The notes beneath the pieces are model-generated. The model was not told where the DNA came from. It worked only from the letters and a program-made list of their open reading frames with translations, and searched no databases. This document shows positions 21,488 through 35,358 of a DNA stretch of 64,000 nucleotides, in pieces. Position numbers and translations under genes: made by a program. Source of the DNA: Amoebidium appalachense (lineage: Eukaryota; Protista; Ichthyosporea); contig CAVNZM010000012.1 of assembly GCA_963693365.1 (NCBI GenBank), positions 8,684,001-8,748,000 on the forward strand, in the 5' to 3' direction. Positions within the stretch are counted from its first letter, which is position 1; each line of letters opens with the position of its first letter.

Positions 21488-21974
21488 ACAAGAACATGAA
21501 ATCAAACCGGTGCTTTCGTTAACATACGTTTTATGGTTGACCCAACCATATTCTGCCACCTTTCCTCAACAAAAATGACCCTTTACTTGTCTGTTTGACA
21601 CTTTCTTGCACAAGAACATGAAATCAAACCGGTGCTTTCGTTAACATACGTCTTATGGTTGACCCAACCATATTCTGCCACCTTTCCTCAACAAAAATGA
21701 CCCTTTACTTGTCTGTTTGACACTTTCTTGCACAAGAACATGAAATCAAACCGGTGCTTTCGTTAACATACGTCTTATGGTTGACCCAACCATATTCTGC
21801 CACCTTTCCTCAACAAAAATGACCCTTTACTTGTCTGTTTGACACTTTCTTGCACAAGAACATGAAATCAAACCGGTGCTTTCGTTAACATACGTCTTAT
21901 GGTTGACCCAACCATATTCTGCCACCTTTCCTCAACAAAAATGACCCTTTACTTGTCTGTTTGACACTTTCTTG
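21488..21974. repeat. Tandem array of four near-identical 122-bp units between divergent GCIP and Dicer starts
   Basis: CAAGAACATG recurs at 21489, 21611, 21733 and 21855. Each unit holds the hairpin TATGGTTG-ACC-CAACCATA. Confidence 0.97.
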
Positions 21975-22176
21975 GTCCCTCACAAACCACAACCTTTTCA
22001 GTTTCACACTAAATTTGAACGAGAAAATGGTGGGTGCACGTTCGTAACCCACACACACGCACACACAGGCACACACCACAAAGTTGTTAAATGCGTCATT
22101 ACTAACCGATTTATATAGATATTGCCATATATACTCCATACACCATTTAAGCGCGCCTAGGGGTATTAACTGGAAG

Positions 22177-22432
22177 ATGGAGGAGTGGAAGGAGGTGGGG
22201 GGAGACGGCGACCCCGTGCGGCAGCAAAAGACGGAGAGCAAAGACATATGCATGAAGGATGGAGCAAGTCCGGTGGAGAAAAAGAAGGTGGCTTTTTTTT
22301 TTGGCTTTTTTTTTTTTTTTTTTTCCTCCTCCTTTCTTTTTTTCTTTCTTTTGCTTTCGTTCTTTCTTTCTATATTTATTTCTTTTTCTTTTCCTTCTTC
22401 TTCTTCTTCTTCTTCTTCTTCTTTTCGTGTTA

Positions 22433-22475
<43 letters not shown>

Positions 22476-22640
22476 CCCCTTTTTTTTACCTTTTCTTTTT
22501 TTGCTTCTTTCTTGTTTCTTGTCTTTGATTAAGGCAACCTTTTGGCTATTCTTTTCCTTAAGACTATTTATATTTCAATGTGACGGCTTTCAATATTTTT
22601 CACGATAGTTTTATTCCTTGTGTGTATATGTTTTTTTTTT

Positions 22641-22671
<31 letters not shown>

Positions 22672-23166
22672 GGGACAAGAGGTACGGTTTTTGTCGCTGT
22701 TTAGTATCCTTTATCTGATGTATTAACCTCCCAAACATCTACTTTGTATCATTTGGCGAACAACTCAAGCGAAACCCATGGCAGAAAGGACTCTTGCTTT
22801 CGTGACTTACTTCCTTTTTTTCACTCCTTTCTCCTAACTCGAAATTATGGTACCTTATTTTGGTGTATTCTTATTCATGATATATGATATATGTAGTTGT
22901 TGGGAGGGGAAAGAGGTTGAGCGGAAGGGGCAGGACTTCGGTCTCCAAATTCAAAATTTCTCCTTTTGACCCCCCTTGATCCCCCCCCCCTCTCCCCTCC
23001 CCCCCCCTCTTCCCCCCCCCCAATATTTGCGCCAATCAGAAGAAGCCCGAAGCCATCCACCCTACTGTGGCCCACGGGGGCATTTGGCTGACAGAGACAC
23101 AGCATCGCCTGGTCACGTACGTGTCAGTCCCCCCCCCCCCCCCCCCCCTTCCCCCCCTCCCCCCCC

Positions 23167-23249
<83 letters not shown>

Positions 23250-23546
23250 CACCACCGAAAACCCCCTTAGAACTCGGAGCCCCGCCTATGCTCCGTCACA
23301 GTAATTACTAAAGGGGGAAAAATCATGAAAGCCCCCCTTCCCCCCTCCCCCTTCCCCCCCCCCTTCCCCTCCCCCCCCCCCCCCCCCCCCCCCCCCCACG
23401 GCTTGCCCCTCCTTTTCCTCACCCCTCTTAGAATTTTCCCACCAAGCACCCCTTCTACCTTTTTTGGCTCAAATTATCATTCACCTCCATATGCACCCAA
23501 TATCCTGTGTAACACTTTTTACTGAACGGGCCAATTACCTTCTACC

Positions 23547-23596
<50 letters not shown>

Positions 23597-26227
23597 CCCC
23601 GCCCACCTACCCACCCACCCACCCACACACACCCACACACACACACACACACCCCTGCCCTCCCCCCTGCCCCTATTAACTCACCCCCCCCTCCTCCCCC
23701 TACCCCCCCTCCCCCCACACCACCACAACCATCACCACATGCACACACATCCCACTCTGTCGTGACTTTTAACCAATAGCAATCACATCACATCGTGACT
23801 TTTAACCCTCTAGCCACGCAAAGTGAGATCGCACACCACCAAGCACAGCCCACACTGTGGCGGCCAGCGCGCTTGCTAACGGGGAATTGTAGGCCCCGTT
23901 GGTACCTACCCAGCCCCGTCTAACGTTTTCTAACATAGAAAAGTGGCAACGATAATTTTATCCGGTGGAATGGAGCCGATAAAATCGGACGATCTGATTC
24001 GGATACCCGCTCGGAACAAAGTTGTTCCGGACACTGATTGGTGCGTGGCTACTGGGTTAACCAATCATATTCACCCATGCAGGGGTACGCTCTCCACCAG
24101 TCACCATGTTGCATGCCTTCTCAATTCTCGCTGCCACACCACCCTCCCTTCCCAATTGGCCATCCTTACACATGTGGTAAGCCATATACCCCTTCCCCCA
24201 GCCCCCCCCCCCCCCCCCCCCCCCCACCTCCTTAACCCTCCCCCCCCCCCTCTCCCCCCCCCTCCTCTTCCCCCCCCCCCCCCCTCTCCCCCCCCTCCTC
24301 TCCCCCCCCCCCCCCCCCCTCCCCTCCCCTCCCCGCACCGCACGCCCACCACCCCCTACCTCCCTCCCATTTTTCGCCTGCACTGCAACCCAGCCGTTGT
24401 TTGTACCTAAAGGCCCTTTTGTACCCTGTGAGTAAATGATAGAGGTGGAACAAATTATTATGGGGAGAGAATAATTTGAAAAAGAGGAAAGTGATGGTGG
24501 GAGGACGGGAAGGGGGGGGAGGTGGGGAGGGGGGTGGGGAGGGGGGAGGGGAGGGGGGGGGGGAGAGGGGGGAGGGGAGGAACACATCCCATTATGTTGG
24601 ACCTTGAGATTTGAGACAGAATTTAAGGACACTTATCACATATCTACATGTGGAAGAAGAAATATACAATGTGCACATGAAGCAGAAACAATGCTCGGAG
24701 ACCAACTTTCGACAACCTAGAAATATCTTAGACGTTCTCTCTACCTTTCTTTGTGTTTTTGTGCTGTTTTCATGTGTCATCCCCGCCTCCTCCTCCCCCC
24801 TCAAGAAAATGAAAACATCTTTCAGCCCTCTGTCACTCTCACGTATTGTTGGTAGAAGGCTTTTTGACCCCCCCCCCCCCCCCCCCCCCCCCCCCCACCC
24901 CACCCCACCCTCACCCCACCCCACTCCAAAGCCTTCCCCCGCACCCCAGCGCTATGTGTTCATGTCTCCTGACTTCTCTGCGTCCTGCGTACCCCCACTC
25001 CCCCCCCTCCCCCCCCCCCCCCCCCCCCCACCTGCACCGTGGCACACTCACACACTCTCCCTCCCCGCTGCTCCCTCCATCCCACTCCCCCCCCCCCCCC
25101 CCCCCCCCCCACCCAAACACACACCCACTTGTTCACTCACACATCCGCGCGCACACACAGAAAGCGCAACTGCAAGCCGACCCCCATCTCCGTGTGATTA
25201 TTCTTCATGAGGATGCCGTATTGGCTCACTTCCAGTCGGATATGGTCGAGAGGGAGCTCAGGCTCAGTGGTGAGTGCTGATTGGTTGAATAGAGGTCACA
25301 ATAGCCGTTTATGGTTATGTTGCTTTCTTACCATTGGTTGTGTAATGGCGCTGGTGCGTATATCCTGTGGCCGCTCCCTGAGACCGGGTTTGCATTCTCG
25401 CATGCCCTCCTCAACCCTCCCTTAAACAGACACCACGCAAATAGTATCAATGTTTACCTTATATACATTTGCCTGCATTAGACATAACGTTAGCATATCT
25501 CAGCATTTTATACATTTACTTGCATTACACATCATGTTAGCGCATCTATGCTTTATACAATTACTTGCATATCATATCAACATGTATACATTCACTTTGC
25601 ATACTTTGCATAAGATACCTTTATAGGCGTAACTATATGAGCCTCACAACAGCTTCTCTACATCAGCATACCTCTCAACTTGCATGGGATCCAAGCCCCC
25701 CCCCTCCCCCCTCCCCCCCCCCCCCTCTTCCCCCCTGCAAAACACCTACATATGCTGGTGACATCATAACACGATTTCGCTTCTAACAGTTTCATGTTTG
25801 TCCCCCCCCCCCCCCCCCCCCCCCCCCCTCCCCCCCCTCCCCTCCCCTTTCAGCCTGTGTTTTGAGCAGCAAAGACGACAACATCAACAAATCCTTGATC
25901 GAATCACACCAGGCAAGTCCCCTCCCCCCCCCCCCTCCCACCCCCCCCCCCCCCCCACCCACCCGCTCCGCCTTCCCCACACCACTTCTATGCATAGTGC
26001 TACTGTCCCCCCCCCCCCCCCCCCCCAACCCTCCCTTCTCATCCCTCTCCACCTTAAACCCCTCTCATCCCCATATATCTCGTTCCCAACCTACCGTTTA
26101 CATGCAACTTAAAAGCGCAACATAACACAGAACATCTTGCAAATCAGAGGTTCTTTAGAGATTGAAGAACAAGTTTTGTCAGCACGTATGTACCTCATTA
26201 CGATACGAGATCATCCCGCCCCCCTCC

Positions 26228-26279
<52 letters not shown>

Positions 26280-29087
26280 AAAAAAATCCCCTTCCCCTTC
26301 CCCCCTGCGGCTCCTCTCTCCATATTAACCATAGAATTTATACCATTCTATCTCCCCCTCCCCCCTTCCCCCCCTCTGCCCCCCCCACTCCCTCACCTCC
26401 CTCACCCCCTCCCCCTTTCCCCCCCCCCCCCCCCCCTCAGGTTCTACTCCTTGACAGCGGCACATTCCAGCGTCTTCATACCAGCACGCTATTGGCTGTT
26501 GCTAGGTGCTGCCTAGCAATAGCCAATGACCTTCAACTTGCGCTCCTGCCAGACCACCTCTACATTTCAATCATGAAAACACTCAAGGACGTACGATTTA
26601 CCCTCCCTCCTCCCCCTTCTCCCCTTCAATCCCAACCTTCCCTCTTACTCCCCCCCCCACCCACCCCACACTCCCACCGCTTCCCTCTCCTCCCCCTCAC
26701 GCGCACGAACACACACGCACACCCATTTAGCTTGGTACCATTACTGATTTAACGGTGCCTTTGTGTAGATTACTCGTGTCAATCCTTGTCACGAAGTGCC
26801 TTTAGGGGATGGGAACAAAAACCACTCGAGTTTGGTGAGGAGCGAGAGGGGGGAGGGGAGGGGGAGGATGGTATAATCTGAGGCCGGGGGCACCTGGGGG
26901 AGGGGGGTGAAGAGGGGGGAGAGGCGGGGGGGGGGGGGGGGGGGGGGGGGGAGGGGGGGAGGGGGGAGGGATGGGATTGGAGGGAGGAATCGGAATACGA
27001 TTCTAAGTCTGACAGGAATTTTGGGGAGGGGTCTGTTGTTCGCATCATAGTGTGTTCATTCAGTTTGGGTCAATGATTTAGGAGTTACGTTTTGGGGAGA
27101 AAGGGTGGGGAGGGAGGGGGGGGGGGGGGGGGGGGTGGGGGTTGTTCGCAATCAAAATCTTACGATCATTAAGTGTCCTTTAAGTAGTTGGGTTAGCTCC
27201 ATGAAACATATATACGTGGCACTGTGGGTAGCCTAAAAACATAAATTTACACACCCCCACCCACAGCACTGCCGTGTGATTGGTCTAGCAAGTGTGGCGG
27301 CAAGCAGGCGCAGAGCAGCCCAGGAGAAAAGGGAGGAAGATGGGCACACATACCAGGTGGGAGCCAATCAGACAAAAGCTTCTGATTCTAAAAATAATGT
27401 TTGAAATGAAAGAAATGAAAAAAGAGGAAGATGGGCACACAAACCAGGTAGGAGCCAATTGGAAAAAATCGTTATATTTACATAGAGTATCATGAAAAAA
27501 GAGGAAGACGGACGGACATACCAGGTAGAAACCAATTAGAAAAAAACTTTATTTTTGAGCAGTATTTTCAAACTTTGGGAAAAGGGAGGGTAATTGCCAG
27601 ACATACGAGGTAGGAGCCAATTAGCAAAATTCAGTATACTTAATGTTGACAATTCAAGATGCAAGTTCAAGCCAGTTTCAAGATGTGTGCCTCTACACCT
27701 ACCAGTTAATACAGCTATAAGACACTTAGGAGCATACCCTCCGCCCCCCTCCCCCCCTTCCTCCCCCCCTCCTCACTCCCTCCCTCCCCTCCATTTCCCC
27801 CATTTCGGGCGTCAACCCCCCCCCCCCCCTACCCCTCACTCCCAAGCCCTTCCCCCCCTTTCTAACCCTATGGGGGTTCATCAGGAGCAAGCCGACCAAC
27901 TGCACAGTCTGCTGGGGGGTACCATTGAAATTTTCGACGAGGCAGAGCCGGTCATGGGGGGTGCTTTGGACCTGGTATGTGTGCAACCCCCCTCCCCCCA
28001 CGCCCCTCCCTCCCCCTTCCTTTCAGGGGAAAACAAAAAATAAAAGAAGAAAAACAGGGAAAAAGTAAGGGAAGGAAAAGGCGCACACACATGACCACTG
28101 TGACCATGAAAACCACCAACTTTAGCGAGAAAAGCTCGTTGTTTTAGAAAAACAGAGCATGTTTTCAATGGAATTATGTGAACTGCTGCTCTGTCCCCCT
28201 CCCCCTCCCCCCCCCCCCCCCCTCCCCCCCTTTCCCCCCTCAACATAAAAAAGGGGGAAAAAAGGAACCCTTCTCCCTCCCCCCAATGCTCTGTATGTCT
28301 TGGTTTCAAAATCTTATCTCGAAACCGTTATCTATACATCTTATCTCAAAATCGTAGCTTTGTATTCTATTTTGAAATTTTGTTATAAATACTTAAAAAC
28401 TCCTGATAGGTTTCTTTGTATCTTTTTGCTATATAGCAGCTACCTTGCCTTTACTATGCGCAAATTAGTTTCCGCCTGCCATGCAAAACCTTAAAGTCAT
28501 GTTAACGCTGACCTCCACCTTCCCGTGCATGCACGTGTGTGTGTGCGTGCGTGCGCGCGTGCGTGTGTGTCTCTATGTGCGTGTGTGTCTATGTGCGTGT
28601 GTGTCTCTATGTGCGTGTGTGTCTCTATGTGCGTGTGTGTCTGTATGTGCGTGTGTTTTTATGCATGTGTGCATGAATGTGTGCCTGTGCCACCCGTTGT
28701 TGTGTTGGTGTGTGTGTGAGTGATTAGTTTTGTGTGTGTGTACTTTTTCTTGCGTGGCATGTACTTGAATTTGTGTGCGTATATTAATTTTGTGTGTGTA
28801 TCTTTGTTTTTGTTTTCCTGTGTCTGTGTTTGTGCATGAACACAGCAACAGCAATCTCGTATTGGCGCTCTTCGTACCGGTGCAAATCTACCACAAACCA
28901 CCATCAAACTCATCGAGAAGGTATTTCGTAAGCCTCTCCCCCCTCCGCCCCTTCCCCTTGCTCCTTCCCCCAACCCTCATATTCCCACCTACCCAACCAT
29001 CCCTCCTCTATCCATCTCCCTTCTGTGCAACCATCCACTTTTGCTTCTCTCTCCTTTATCCCTCCCCCCCCCCCTCCCCCCCCTCCG

Positions 29088-29168
<81 letters not shown>

Positions 29169-29713
29169 CATCGATTCCACCCCAACCCAAGGGCCCTCTA
29201 TTTACAGGTTGTCTCCCCTCCCTCGCACTATCGCTTACCCATTTATTTCGCCAAATTCCTTGACTTTGACTGCTTTCTCGTAACTTGTTCTCTATGCACC
29301 CCTCCCCTCTTTCCCTCCCCCCCCCCCCCCCCCTCCCCCCCCTCCCCCCCTCCCCCTCCCTCCCCCTCCCCTCCCCCACACATGTGCACACACACCCCAC
29401 CACATCTCATCCTACCCAACCCGACCCCACGCCCCTTTCCCTCACACTCGCCCACCCCCTGCTACCGCAATGATCTTTTTTTCATTACATCTCCTCCTGC
29501 TCTCCCAACTCCAACCCCCCCCCCCCCCCCCCCCCCGCCCCCTCTCCCCTTCCCCCCCCCTCCCCCCCCCCCCTCCCCCCCTGCCCCCCAACATACACAC
29601 GCACACACACACCTTCTCGACGGCGTGCCCCCTTTCTATTCGAACCGTGAGAGCAAACATTTTTTCAAAAATGGGTGGTCTAAAGGGAACGAGTGTTGTG
29701 TGTTTACATATCC

Positions 29714-29767
<54 letters not shown>

Positions 29768-32111
29768 ACACACACACTCCCCTTTCCCCCCCCGTCCCTT
29801 TGCCCCATCCCCCCTCCATCTCTCCCTCCCATCCCTCCCTCCCTCCCTTCCAAACCCCCCTGACCCCATTTCCCCTTCTCCCCTCATTCCTCTCCCCCCC
29901 CCCCCCCCCCCTGTCCCCCCCCCCCCCCCCCCCCCCCTCCCCGGCCTCCTCCCCTCCTCCCCTACCCTCCTTCTTACACCCCCCTTCTCCTCCCCCCCCC
30001 CCCCCCCCCGGCCCCCTGCCCTCTTTTCCACAGCGGCGTGATGTGTATGTTACCCCCGAGGGTGGATGGCTTGGGCCCACGATGGTTGGGCATGCGCTGA
30101 GAACATACACAGACTACTTCACAAGGGCTATGAAGGGTAATAGCCCTGTTTAAACATACACAGACTACTTCACAAGGGCTATGAAGGGTAATAGCCCTGT
30201 TTTTACATACACAGACTACTTCACAAGGGCTATGAAGGGTAATGGCCCTGTTTTTACAACTCTCCCGACCCGTCCAATAATATTTAAATCAAAAAATTCA
30301 GAGAGAGAGAGATTAACAACCCTGCGGCCCTGCCCTCTTCATTCCTCTTTCGCTCATTTTCCTCCCTACCTCCTAACCCCCCCCCCCCCCCCCCCCCCCC
30401 ACACACACACACCCGTCCATCCTCCCCACCACCTCCTCAAGATACCCTCTATAGAGTTCTCCGCTTTACTTACAAGATAGCCCAACGGAATGTTAAAGGG
30501 GATTGAGGGTTTTCCATTAGTTCTACGTAACCGACGGAAGGGTGGGATACTATAGTAGTATAGTACATAGGTTCTAATAGTAATTCCAGACACTAGTGAC
30601 TATAAACCCCGTTTATGGCTGATAAATCCTCCCTTCGGCTCAATGAATTCCAGCTAATAGTAAGGCATTTTGACACCGACTGTTAAGATTTCAAACACTG
30701 ACTTATCATTTTCTGATCTTAAACTTAAATTTTAACCGATATATCCCATTGGCAGACCGTGGTGTGTGGCTTTCCAGCCGTCTGCGCTGGTGGCTAGTGC
30801 CTGTGAGTGGAACAAGCCGACCCACATTCCAATGCCACATCACTATCCCTGTCACCTCAGAGGTCTGGCAGCACGCACAAGCCAACAAGGTTCGTCCCCC
30901 CCCCCCCCCCCCAAAAAAAAAAAAAAAAAAAAAAAAAAACTCCCTTATCTCCTGCCTCTACTTAATGCACGTCTGACTCAACCCTCCCTTCCCCTTCCCC
31001 TGCTTTCTTTGCAACCTTTCTCGCATATGCCATGTGTACCGTCCCTACCCCCCCCCCCCCCCCCTCTCCCCCCCCCCCCCCCCCCCCTCCCCCCCCCCCC
31101 CCCCCCCCACCCCTCCCTCTTCTCGGCAAGCTTTCTCATCCCGTCACCCCCATCCCTTCTCTCCCTCCCCTCTCCCCGTCAAACACACAAAAGCATACAC
31201 ACACACCATCATTACCACCGTGGTTTTTGCGATCTTACCCACTCACAGTAGCCAAGTGGTTTACCAAAAAAAAACTGCGCATGATTGAATGAAATACTTT
31301 CAATAATCAACCTTCGGCAGGGAGTGGAGGGAAAAAAGGAGCTAACGGAGGAGGGGGTCAAACTTGGGGGACCAAGTGGACTGGACGCGGGATGTGCAGA
31401 AATGCAAGAGGGGTGGACAGAGGACAGGGAAATTCCGACGCAAGAGTGCAAAATTTCAGTTGATACGGCTTCCAATGAGCCCCGTGCTGAGATAGATGAT
31501 ATTCTGAAGGCAGGGATGGTAGGGGGTTTTATGCAGAGTGTTTTCTTACTGTCCGAATATAGGAGGGTTACATGTGTGGTGGACAAGTCGGAGGAAGGAT
31601 ATGTGGTGGTGGAGATGGTGGGGGACCTTCATGGCGCCAAGGAAAGGTATTATCGGCCACCCTTCACCATCCTCCTCCTCCCCCCCCCCCCCCCTCCTCC
31701 CCACTTGCCCATCTCCAAATCCACAAGACCGTGCATGCACGCACACCTCTTACCGTGACAAACCCCTTGCCTTTTTAAACTTCATCTCTCCCCCTGCTGC
31801 CCCCCCCCCCCCCCCCCCCTTTCCCCCCTTCACACACCCAACAACATTCACAGCTCCTTTCAAAACTCTGGTCTCTTTCAATTTTTGCTCCTCTGTTCCC
31901 CCCATTCTTCCTCTTGGAAGAAGCACGAAAGGAGCAAACCAAAAACCATAAAACGTGTCCAAAACTACGGAAGGAAAAGGAAAAGCTGTACATGTGTACA
32001 AGCGAATCCGGAAAGAAAGTAAAGACACGACAAATGAACGCAGGCGGCCAAAACACATCCCTTTTTTTAATAACATGCTGGATTTCAGAAGGGGGAGGGA
32101 GGAGGGCGGCG

Positions 32112-32144
<33 letters not shown>

Positions 32145-32261
32145 CAACGATAGGGGAAACAGAGGAAAAGAATAAGCAACAGGGGTAATTCCATGAGCCA
32201 CCCTTCCACCCCCCCCCCCCCCCCCCCCTCTTCCAACCCCATCTCCCCTCCTCCCCTCCCC

Positions 32262-32294
<33 letters not shown>

Positions 32295-34303
32295 AAAAAA
32301 AAAAGAAAAAACATCTACCTCGGCAAACCACTCTTATGGTCACAAACCAACGCTCAACCTAATCTCCACCCATCTTCAGCTCTTAATCCTTTTCATTGGA
32401 TCAGATTACGCACACCTAATCTTATTGGCTACCTATCACAGAGCCCGTGTGTCGTGTGGTGTGACCCTCTGCCTGTGGCTCTATGCACACGGTGCCCTTA
32501 ATGGTCTTCTCATGCCAACCATTGGGACACGAAGAAAACCCCCCGTCGGCTTGGGGAGGTAAATAATTCTCCCAGCTTATTACCCCCCCCCCCCCCCCCC
32601 CCTCCCCCACTCCCCCCCGCCCCCTCGCCTCCTCCCCTCCCTCGTTCCCTTCTAGACCCCCCCCCCCCCCCCCCCCCGCCCGCCCCGCCCCTCATCTCCC
32701 CCCCTCCCCCCCTTCACATACCCGCAAAAAAAAAAAAAAAGAAAAGAAAAGAACAAAGAATACGTGTTCATTTCGTCCACCTCCCCCGTCTTCCTCCCCC
32801 CCCCCCCCTCCCTCTCCCCCCCCCCCCCCCCCCCCCCCCCTACACTCCGGTATAAAGTGTCATTCTTAGACAAGATTTTGATGACTAAAAGGGTGCTTTT
32901 TACGTGCTGTCACGGTATATATATCCAGGATACTTGTGGTGCAACAATGTCCAATCTATTAAGCGCGCCTCAGAATTTCCATATCAGTGCCTATTGCTCA
33001 AACACAATGCACTGGGCAAGCCAGAGGATATCTGTGGTAAATAGCCAAAAATAGTATTTGGTTTGGCATTTTTTCTCCGTTTTGTATCCAAGAATAGCTG
33101 TCGTCAGCATTCTGCTTTTCAAACACCAAAATCTTCCCAGAACCCCCCCCCCCCCCCCCCAAAAAAAAAAAAAAAAAAAAAAAAAGAAAACACCCATCCA
33201 CACATCCCTCTCCCTCCTCATGCACCCACGCGTCCACTCACCCACCCGTTCCCCATTTCTCCCTCCTCGTCACCCCCCTCCCCCCCCCCCCCCCCCCCCC
33301 CCCCCATAACACACACACACAGGAAGCGCGCTGGGGACTCACAGAACAAGCGGCCCATCCCCTCCTACACCAATAAGATGGCGGCATGTTTGGGCCGGGA
33401 GCCAATAGCGGACGAGGATGGTCACGTGACTGTGCACCTGACTGCATTGCACATCGACTACTATGCAAGGGACCAACCTGGTTGGTTACAAGGTAAGTGC
33501 TCCACAATGATTGGCTGGATTAGAAATATCAAAAAATAAAGTAGGGATGATTGCACGGTGCAAATTCATTTGTGTGTAAGGTATTGGTTCCAAGGTAAAT
33601 GCTCGTTGCTGGTTGGCTGAATAAAAAACTGAAGTAGAAATTATTGCATGGTGTCGCTTGAAGATAGATTTATATATGGTATCAAACCCCATCATTAATG
33701 TAAGGCCTATGGTGATGTTTCTGCGGTGTGTCTTATTCTACCAATAGAAGTTGCCCGTTAAGAAGCGATATGTATTTTTTTGGAGCCCCATGTTCAATTT
33801 CTTTTTTTATAGAAAGATCACATATACCCGAGACTGCAAGACGGTTTACTAACAATGGTGTTCTCTGTCTGGCTCTCTTTCTCTCTCTCCCTCCCCTCAA
33901 CCCTCCCCCGATTCTTCCCCTGAATTCTACTCAATGCCCGCCCTTACTTTGTTCTCTTGTCCCCCCTCCCCCTCCCCTGAACTCTTTGTCCATTGCTACC
34001 CATATTATTCATCTCCCTTCCCCTAACTCGTTGTTGCACACATCCGGCCCACGCCCTCCTCCCCCCCCCCCCCCCCCCCCCTGCCCCCCTTCCCCACCAC
34101 CCTCCCACTCCTCCGGCAGAAAAAAAAGTTGGGAAAACAAGAACACACGCCCAAAAAAAAAAAAAAAAAAAGGAGGACACAAACACACACTTACCTAGGC
34201 TTGTGTCCTTACACACATACACACACACACACACATGCGCGCACGCACGCACACGCCCCCCTCCCCCCCCCCCCCCCCCTCCCCCCCCTCCCCCTCCCCC
34301 CCC

Positions 34304-34334
<31 letters not shown>

Positions 34335-35324
34335 GTACACACAGCCTTTGCCCTTGGTACCGCCGAGGCCCTTTCATGTCCCCGTCAAAAAACCATCTTT
34401 GTTGGAGAAGAGAATACACGGACCACTCTTCGTTACCTCCCTGGGTACCCCCCCCCCCCCCCCCCCCCCCCCGCGCCCCCTCCCCCAAGGACACACACAC
34501 ACACACACATGCACACGCACACACCTACCACCCTTTTGTGCCCCCACGGTGACTCTATCTCCCCATTCGCATGCAACCCCCCGACGCATAGAAAAGCCCC
34601 CTTATCCTTTTTCCTCTTTTCATGCCTTCCTTTGTTCGTAAAACCCGATCCCATTCCCCAAAAATACACATGCCCCCCTCCCCCCTCCCCCCCCCCCCCC
34701 CCCCCATCCCAACCACCGTACTTACCCCCCCCCCTCCCCCCACAGAGGTACAGTGAAGATGCCAATCGAAAGATTGGCACAAATTCGTGAGGTTTGACCC
34801 CACCCCACCACCAAAAAATCCCCCCCCCCCCCCCCCCCCCCCCGGTCGGCCGCATTGCCACCCACGTTTACAACGTACCTTCCCTCCTCTCCCCCTGCCT
34901 CATTGAGCCCTCCGCCCCCTCCTCCCCCACCCCCCCCCCCCAACCTTGCGCGAAGTTGCTCACCCTCTTCTTCCCAACCCGTTTCCCATGCAGACCCCCC
35001 TTCCCCCCTCCCCCCCCCCCTCCCCCCCCAGGTGCAGTTCTCCTCCCCTGTCGCTTTCTCCTGTCTGTTAATTAAAAAGACATCTTTTCCAGACAACATA
35101 AATCCCTACGTGCACCGAAGAAAAGATCTAAACCACACATAGGAAGTTGGTTGGTTCTTCCCTATCCCAGATCTATCCTCCCCCCCCCCCCCCCCCCCCC
35201 CGGGGCCTCCCTCCCCCTCCCCCCCCACCCCCCTCCCCCCAATAGCTCACTAAGCCACTGTACCGTGCAGAATTGCTTGACATAGTGTGACAATTCTCCC
35301 GATCAACCCCGTCTCCCGCCGTTC

Positions 35325-35358
<34 letters not shown>

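Noticed and set aside
21488-21974. Regular array resembling CRISPR
   Set aside because: Units are near-identical end to end with no unique spacers, there are no cas genes, and the context is eukaryotic.
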